From an uncultured Verrucomicrobiae bacterium (lineage in GTDB: Bacteria > Verrucomicrobiota > Verrucomicrobiia > Limisphaerales > Palsa-1400), in NCBI GenBank assembly GCA_963707025.1, contig CAVPOM010000007.1, positions 32,001 to 96,000 on the forward strand: 64,000 bases of DNA, in the 5' to 3' direction. Position 1 is the first letter of the stretch. The number at the start of each line of letters is the position of its first letter. Under the pieces are notes generated by a model. It was not told the DNA's origin and ran no database searches. It saw only the letters and a list, made by a program, of their open reading frames with translations. The position numbers were made by a program, and so were the translations under genes. This document shows positions 57,779 to 64,000 of the stretch, in pieces.

Positions 57779-58986
57779 AATCCACCCCCGAAGCGGGCCG
57801 CGCGCCGTTGCGGATTTTGCAGCTCAATTCCCTCCTCACCGGCGGCGGGACCGACGGCCAATGCGTCCAACTGGCGGCCGGACTGGGCCAACTGGGCCAG
57901 CACGTCATGCTGGCCGGTCCGGGCGGGCGGGAATTTTCCAAAATCATCCGCGCTGCCGGCCTGCCGCTCCTGGACACGGGCCATGATGCCTCCCGGTTGA
58001 GATTTATTCTCCGCGCCGCCCGTTGGATTCGCCGGGAAAAAATTCAAGTGGTCCACGGCCACCACGGATGCGACCTTTGGCCCGCGATTTTCGCCGCAAA
58101 AATGTCCGGCATGAAACCGAAGATTGTTCTGACACGCCACCTGGCCAAAAGCCCCGCCTCCTTCGCCAGCCGCCGTTTTTTGCTCGGCCAATGCGACGCC
58201 CTCATCGCCGTCTCCGCCTTCGTGGCGCGCGTCCTGCGCGAAGGGGTTTATGAGCCCGATTCGCCGGAGGAGGAACGGCGCCGCCGTCCGCCCCTGCGCG
58301 GGGATTTTAGCAAGATTCATGTCATTTACGGCGGGATTGACACCAGCCGGTTCCGCCCGTCCGAGGCGGCGGAGAAAAGGCGCGAACTGGGTTTGGCCCC
58401 GGAGCATTTCGGGTTTGCCGTCGTGGGCGGCTATGATTTGCCGCGCGGCAAGGGCCAGCGCGAATTCTTGATGGCTGCGGCCCAGGCGCATGAGAAAATT
58501 CCGCGGGCGCGCTTTCTCATCATTGGCCGCGGCAGCATGGCGGAGATGTTGCGGGCGGACATTGCGCGGCTGGGCCTGGCCGGCAAGGCCTGGCTCACGC
58601 CCTACGCGACGGACATGCCATCGGTCATGAACGCCATAGATTGCCTGGTGCATCCGCAAATCGGCACCGAAGCGCTGGGCCTGGTCATCTGCGAGGCGCA
58701 CGCCTGCGGCAAACCGGTCATCGCCTCGGCCCTGGACGGCATTCCCGAGGCCTTTGGGGCGGGCCAGTGCGGGCGGCTGGTGCCGCCGGAAAACATCGCC
58801 GAACTGGCCGCGGCGATGGAGGCGCAGGCGGCCCAGCCGGCGCTGGCCGCCGCCGCCGCCGCCGCCCTCCACGAGAAAGTCGCGCGCGTCTTTTCCCTGG
58901 AACGTTCGGCCAGCGAGGTCTTGCGGCTCTATGCCGATTTGTTATCGTGCGCCAGTCTCGCCGCCGGCGCGCCGCCGGGTGGTTGA
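57775..58986 (+). CDS. Glycosyltransferase family 4
   Basis: GGTDG, KGQ, EALGLVICEAHACGKPVIAS. Confidence 0.92.
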   Translation: MKSTPEAGRAPLRILQLNSLLTGGGTDGQCVQLAAGLGQLGQHVMLAGPGGREFSKIIRAAGLPLLDTGHDASRLRFILRAARWIRREKIQVVHGHHGCDLWPAIFAAKMSGMKPKIVLTRHLAKSPASFASRRFLLGQCDALIAVSAFVARVLREGVYEPDSPEEERRRRPPLRGDFSKIHVIYGGIDTSRFRPSEAAEKRRELGLAPEHFGFAVVGGYDLPRGKGQREFLMAAAQAHEKIPRARFLIIGRGSMAEMLRADIARLGLAGKAWLTPYATDMPSVMNAIDCLVHPQIGTEALGLVICEAHACGKPVIASALDGIPEAFGAGQCGRLVPPENIAELAAAMEAQAAQPALAAAAAAALHEKVARVFSLERSASEVLRLYADLLSCASLAAGAPPGG

Positions 58987-58987
58987 A

Positions 58988-59911
58988 ATGAAAATGAAAA
59001 TTCGCCTGGATTTCTGCGATTTTTGGCCGGGTTTTCCCAAAACCGATAATTTCTTTTACCGCCTTCTCCGCGAACGGTTCGAGGTGGAAATCTGCGACCG
59101 GCCCGACTTTTTGATCTTCGCTGACCTGGGGCAGCATGTGCATCGGGTGCATAACTGCGTCAAAATCCATTACTGCGTGGAGGATTTTGCCCCCGATTTC
59201 AAGCAATACGATTACGCTTTCACCTGCCACCAGATGGATGATCCGCGAAACCTGCGGCTGCCCAGCTATGCCTTGCGCGATCCACGCACGCTGCTGAAGG
59301 ACCAAGACGACCTGGAACAAATCATGGCCGCCAAAACCAAGTTCTGCGCTTTCCTGGCGCGCTACGCCAACCGCAAAACCCGGGTGCGCAACGATTTTTT
59401 CCAAAAGCTCTGCCAGTACAAGAAAGTGGACTCGGCCGGAGGCGCGCTCAACAACACGGGCTATCGCGTCCCCGAGGGCGCGGCGGCCAAGCTGGAGTTT
59501 CTCCGTCCCTACAAATTCAACATCGCCTTCGAGAACGCGTCCGTGCCCGAATACACGACGGAAAAGATTGTCGAGGCCATGCAGGCGCGGGCCATGCCGG
59601 TTTATTGGGGAAATCCGCGGATTGGGGAGGAATTCAATTCCAGGAGCTTTCTCAATTATTTCGATTTCAAGAACGAAGAGGCCCTCATTGAAAAAATCAT
59701 CGAACTGGACCAGGACGACGCCAAGTACATGGAATATCTGCGCCAGCCCTATTTTCACCACAACCAGCCGAATGAATTTTTCAGCCACGAACGGCTGTTG
59801 AATTTCTTTGGAAAAATTTTCACCACCCCGATCACCCCGGTTTCGACGCGGCGCTATCCTCTGCAAATTGACCGATGGATTCCGGTGCTGAAGAACCGGC
59901 CCAATCAATGA
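58988..59911 (+). CDS. Glycosyltransferase family 10 (alpha-1,3/4-fucosyltransferase-like)
   Basis: KFCAF..N..RN.FF, YKKVDSAG, YKFNIAFENAS..YTTEKI, PVYWG. Confidence 0.9.
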   Translation: MKMKIRLDFCDFWPGFPKTDNFFYRLLRERFEVEICDRPDFLIFADLGQHVHRVHNCVKIHYCVEDFAPDFKQYDYAFTCHQMDDPRNLRLPSYALRDPRTLLKDQDDLEQIMAAKTKFCAFLARYANRKTRVRNDFFQKLCQYKKVDSAGGALNNTGYRVPEGAAAKLEFLRPYKFNIAFENASVPEYTTEKIVEAMQARAMPVYWGNPRIGEEFNSRSFLNYFDFKNEEALIEKIIELDQDDAKYMEYLRQPYFHHNQPNEFFSHERLLNFFGKIFTTPITPVSTRRYPLQIDRWIPVLKNRPNQ

Positions 59912-59941
59912 CAATGCTTTAGTCATGGGTGGGCTGTATCA

Positions 59942-60046
59942 GGCAGGGCGGGTCCCGAATTATCGGGACCCGCCGCACGAAGGTGGTACGAGGTGGATTC
60001 TACCAATGCCCGACGGCGGGCAGAGGACTGCCCGCCCTACCATCCA
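59942..60046 (+). repeat. Complete REP doublet (REPIN-like); supplies the TAG stop of the convergent GT2
   Basis: GGCAGGGCGGGTCCCGAATTATCGGGACCCGCCG...CGGCGGGCAGAGGACTGCCCGCCCTACCATCC. Confidence 0.9.
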
Positions 60047-61052
60047 TGACGCATTGCCATCACTGATCCCGGGCCGGCCTTTCCGGCCAGGAACAGCCGG
60101 GTGATTTGGTTTATTTTGCGCCGGGCCTGGCCCCGGGCCAGTCGCGCCCGCCAGGCGGCGGGTTGGAGAAGCCACGGCGTTTTGGCGCGGCGCAGGCGGT
60201 CCAGCTTGTCCTGCGCCAGGGCGGCGGTGTTCAGGGCCGGCTCCAGTTCGGCCCAGCGGACCGCCTCCAGTATTGCCGGCAGCGCCGGGTTGCTGGACCG
60301 CTGGCGGGCGATAACGTCTTGGGCCAGCCGGAACAGTTGCAAGGCCAGGGAGTCAACCTGATAATCGGCCAGGGAATAGGCCTTGGGGTGCTGGCGAAAG
60401 GTGGAGAACCGTTGCGGCGTCACGGCAATTTTAAGGTCGAAAACATTCTGCACACCCCAGGCGCCGTCCCCGGCCGTTCCGAACTCCACGGGAAAGGGGC
60501 GCTGGCGCAGACAATCGGTCCGATACAGGTTGCTGGCCGCGCTGCCGGGCAGGGCGCACCACAGGTGCGTCACGGTGAACAGAAATTGTTCCGCCGTGGA
60601 CAGCAACCCAGCCCGCGCCATCTTCCGTCCTTCCAGGATGTCATCAATCAACCACCGGCTGTCCGGCAGGGCCAGCCCGGCGGCGTTGATGAAATGGGGC
60701 TTGCTCAGCACCAGGTCGCATTGGAACTCCTCCGCCACCTGGCACAGATGTTCCAGGCCGGGGCGGGTGATGGCATCGCCCACGGTGGCGATATAGAGGT
60801 ATTTGGCGCTGACATTTTGGATCCCGAAATTCCAGGATTGGTACAAACCGGGCGGATGGGTCAAGTAAATCGTGCGGGCCTGGGCAGGCCGGCCTTTAAC
60901 AGTTCCACCGTCCCATCCTGCGAGGCGCTGTCCACCACCACAATTTGCTCCGCCATGTCAATCCAGGGCAGGAGAGAGGCGATATGTTCGGGCAACAGCG
61001 GCGCGCAATTGCGGGTTGGGATCAGCACCCCGAGGGACGGAGCGGCGCTCAT
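60037..61052 (-). pseudogene. Glycosyltransferase family 2 split by a -1 frameshift near 60876 (possible assembly error)
   Basis: LIPTRN..VVDSASQDGT; adding one C to the CCC run restores PRTIYLTHPPGLYQSWN. Confidence 0.8.
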
Positions 61053-61098
61053 GTTTGCCCTTGAATTTGACGGGTTTGGGACAACCATTCTTCATCGT

Positions 61099-62049
61099 TT
61101 GAAAACGTCACCTGTTTCATTTACCGTTCTCATTCCCAATTACAATCACGCGGCCTTTCTTCCCCAATGCCTGGACTCGGTGGTCACCCAGTCCCGCCCG
61201 CCGGAGGCCATTTATGTGATTGATGATGCTTCCACGGACGGGAGTGTCGAGGTCATCCGCGCGTATGTCCAGCGCTTTCCCCATGTTCATCTGGTCCAAA
61301 AGAAAAAGAACTGCGGTTACAATGCCAACATCAACGAATTCCTGCCGCAACTCAAAAGCAGCCATGTTTTCTTTTTGGGGGCGGATGATTATCTGCTGCC
61401 CGGCGCCGTCGAACTGGCCCGCGCCATGCTCTCGGAGCACCCGGAGGCCGGGTTTTGCCTGACGGACGTTGTGGAGGTGTTTCCCGGCCGCGAGCCGCGG
61501 GCCTTCAGTTATAAATTGTCGCCCGAGCCCGCCTGGTTCCCGCGCGCCAGGGCGGCCGCGGCCATCTGCGGGCGCGCCCTGGTGCCGCAATGCTTTCTTC
61601 ATTTGGAGGGCTTGCGGCAAATGGGAGGTTTCCCCGAGAGCCTGCGCTGGCACGCAGACCATTTCGTCTGCGCCGTCCTGGCCTTGCGCCAGGGCTTTTG
61701 TTACGTCCCAAAAGCCGGGGCGGCCTTCCGCAAGCTGCCGATGTCGGATTCGGCGCAGGGCATGGGCGGGGAGGGGGAGCGGGAGGTGATGTTGGGTTAT
61801 CTGGACTGCCTTTGCCGGCCTGAATTCACCGATATCAAAAGCGCCTTGCGGGACAGCCAGGTGCTGGCCATCTTTGATCGCGGTTTGCTCCGCGCGCTTT
61901 GGCGAAACCGGCAGTACCGCTACTTCCTGACTCCCTCGTTGGTGGCCAGGCTCTTTTTGCGCCGGGTCAGACGCGTGATCCGCCACCCAGTCCCTCGTCC
62001 GGTCAAACAGTGGGTTCGCCGCCGGTTCCTGCGGCCACACCGGCTCTGA
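61099..62049 (+). CDS. Glycosyltransferase family 2
   Basis: VLIPNYNHAAFL, IDDASTDGS, LGADD; start uncertain. Confidence 0.9.
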   Translation: MKTSPVSFTVLIPNYNHAAFLPQCLDSVVTQSRPPEAIYVIDDASTDGSVEVIRAYVQRFPHVHLVQKKKNCGYNANINEFLPQLKSSHVFFLGADDYLLPGAVELARAMLSEHPEAGFCLTDVVEVFPGREPRAFSYKLSPEPAWFPRARAAAAICGRALVPQCFLHLEGLRQMGGFPESLRWHADHFVCAVLALRQGFCYVPKAGAAFRKLPMSDSAQGMGGEGEREVMLGYLDCLCRPEFTDIKSALRDSQVLAIFDRGLLRALWRNRQYRYFLTPSLVARLFLRRVRRVIRHPVPRPVKQWVRRRFLRPHRL

Positions 62050-62276
62050 ATCACTCGCAGACCATCAGCTGGCCCGCCCCGGTTTATCCACGGTACACAG
62101 ACTGCCGGCCCCATGAGTTGAGAAAGTCGGGAAAACGTCAGCCTGGCCTGGTGTTTTCCATGAAACCGCTGTTTTCTTGATGTCCACCCAGTCGGCTTGA
62201 CCAAGGCGGCCCGCGCTGCCTTGTCAAGGCCGCGCAGCCGGGCTGGGTTGCAGAGGACCCTCCAGCAGCCGTGGCC

Positions 62277-63284
62277 TCAAGCGCCGGCGGAAGGCTTGGG
62301 AGATTGCACCGAACAATACGCCGGGCCGGTTCGCGCCGGCTCAGGAGCCTTCGGGGCAAGACATGCTGACGGCGTTACCCGCCGCCGATTGCCAAACATC
62401 TCGTTCTGGCTGGAGAGCAGCCGGTTCGCCTGATCCATCACTCCTGCCGGTTCCTTGCGGATGCGGGCCAGGGTCGCGGCCTCCAACTCAGCGGCCCCTG
62501 CCCCAGGCCCGCCTCGTCCGGAAAACTCGCCCCGGCTGGCTCTCGCGCGCTCCGCTTCCATGCGCAAATTGTCGAACTTCATGTGCGAGACCGCCCGCTG
62601 CACCATGGCCTCCTGGTAATCCACTCCCAGCCAGTCCAGTATGCCGCTCAAGACCGGACCGGTGTGGTCGAGCAGGCCTTCATAAGACACAAAAAACACT
62701 TCCGCCCCGTGCTGCGCCGCGCGCGCATAGCTCGCCGCGTTGGCCATCCAATCGCGAACATGGGTGCGGCAGAAATAATCCTTTCCGCGCCGAACTTTGT
62801 CTTTGAGGTTTTCTTCACGCACATGGTAGCGATAAAAAGAAACCAGGGCGTCTTCCGGAGACCGGAAAATGTAAACATGTTTGCATTGCCGCAAGGCCGG
62901 GGCGGGAATGTGCTTTTTCAGCCGGTCAAAACTTTCATGCGTTTTGACAAAAAGTCCGGGGGCGATCTCCCGTTCCCGCGCCGCAACCAAATTGATGTAA
63001 ATGTCGGGAATGACCTTGTCCGGATGGACGGGCAGAACCGTGTTGGTCGCAATCCCGGCCCGCTGCAGGAAAATGTCGGAAAGCAAAAAGCGCAGCCAGG
63101 TGTTGCCGGATCGTGGAAACGAACTGATAAAACAGACTTTGCCACCCCCGGCCAACGATTGGATAATGTCCTGGTAATTCCGGTCCTCTTTGGCCTCCGT
63201 GCCACGCCCATTGCGGCGCGGGAAACACCGGCGCACCACATCCCCCAGACGAGCCAGCGTGTTGGCGGCGGCGTTCTCTGTCAT
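62277..63284 (-). CDS. PAPS-dependent sulfotransferase
   Basis: 5'-PSB SFPRSGNTW, KTH, 3'-PB YIFRSPEDALVS, SYE. Confidence 0.9.
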   Translation of the reverse strand: MTENAAANTLARLGDVVRRCFPRRNGRGTEAKEDRNYQDIIQSLAGGGKVCFISSFPRSGNTWLRFLLSDIFLQRAGIATNTVLPVHPDKVIPDIYINLVAAREREIAPGLFVKTHESFDRLKKHIPAPALRQCKHVYIFRSPEDALVSFYRYHVREENLKDKVRRGKDYFCRTHVRDWMANAASYARAAQHGAEVFFVSYEGLLDHTGPVLSGILDWLGVDYQEAMVQRAVSHMKFDNLRMEAERARASRGEFSGRGGPGAGAAELEAATLARIRKEPAGVMDQANRLLSSQNEMFGNRRRVTPSACLAPKAPEPARTGPAYCSVQSPKPSAGA

Positions 63285-63534
63285 AATGTCTATTCTCAGT
63301 CGTCTGCGTGACCCGTGACTGCACCGTTCAACTCATGCGACGGTTCCTGCTTAACCTGTTTCATCAGCCCCAGCGCCATGTAAGACTTTAACCTACGCGC
63401 AAGCAGGTGTTTCCCTTACCTCAAGCAACAGCACCATGCCATCGGCGGCGTGGGTTGTCAAGGGGCGGAGCGCATTATCTTCGCCTGGCTCGATTGGGCT
63501 TGGTTTCCCCGGCGCCGGGTGGTATCCATCCTCC

Positions 63535-64000
63535 ATGCGCCGTGCCGCCCCCGGTCATTTTCACACGCTGGAACCGTTTCTGGATTTATTCAAAACGGGC
63601 GTGCCGATTTTGATGTACCACAAAATCGGCGCGCGCCCGCCCCATGTGCGGCTGCGGGGGCTTTATGTCCGGGAGGATCTCTTCGTCCAGCAACTGGAGG
63701 AATTGCAACAGGCCGGCTTCACCACTTGCCCGCCGGCCGAGGCCAATCTCAAGGCCCGCTCCCATGGCCTCCCGGCCCGGCGCGTCGTCCTGACCTTCGA
63801 TGACGGCTTCCGCAACGCCTTCCAAAATGCCCTGGCGCCGCTGGCCCAAAAACAATTCCGCGCCATTCAATTCCTCGTGGTCAATTGCATCGGCAAATTC
63901 AACCAGTGGGACCTGCGGGACGGCGAAGCCCAGGAGCCGCTCATGGACACCGCCCAGGTGGGCGAGTGGCTGCGGGCCGGAACATCGCATCGGCTCGCAT
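63535..64000 (+). CDS. Polysaccharide deacetylase (partial, runs off the window)
   Basis: PILMYHKIG, VLTFDDGF (translated by hand from ATG 63535). Confidence 0.88.
   Translation, partial: MRRAAPGHFHTLEPFLDLFKTGVPILMYHKIGARPPHVRLRGLYVREDLFVQQLEELQQAGFTTCPPAEANLKARSHGLPARRVVLTFDDGFRNAFQNALAPLAQKQFRAIQFLVVNCIGKFNQWDLRDGEAQEPLMDTAQVGEWLRAGTSHRLA

Noticed and set aside
60106..61098. 647-aa fused glycosyltransferase
   Set aside because: The first ~330 codons are antisense to the frameshifted GT2; GT2 motifs begin only at ~61099

Overview
GC-rich bacterial chromosome segment, most likely Verrucomicrobiota subdivision 3 (inferred from a GloVer-repeat protein, a planctomycete-type cytochrome c domain, A-FTLIELL pilin-like genes and ...STNL..W...YYR C-terminal domains). 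In order, it contains: a hybrid kinase; an operon for a surface protein, an 8-heme lipoprotein cytochrome and a cytochrome c-fused MtrB-like porin, divergent from an ECF sigma/anti-sigma pair, with three matching ECF-type promoter motifs in the gap; a divergent aryl-acid cluster (2x paaK + ACT, iorAB, 2 thioesterases, MFS, outer-membrane channel) around a symmetric operator-like site; two tandem pilin-like genes; two kinases; a lactate permease and glycerate kinase; a 12.7 kb patchwork between two inward-pointing tRNA-Val genes (GloVer protein, GxxExxY and ars remnants, ABC operon, XRE/Gam module, ORF6N); queG, aroK and addB; and an LPS/glycan cluster. The most unusual signals are the porin-cytochrome conduit and several families of small palindromic elements (GTAG-type REPs and inverted tandem repeats with 6-, 7-, ~9- and 10-nt units). 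These occur between genes and are also translated in frame inside queG, addB and a glycosyltransferase. Four single-base frameshifts are probably assembly errors. All assignments come from reading motifs by eye; no searches were run.
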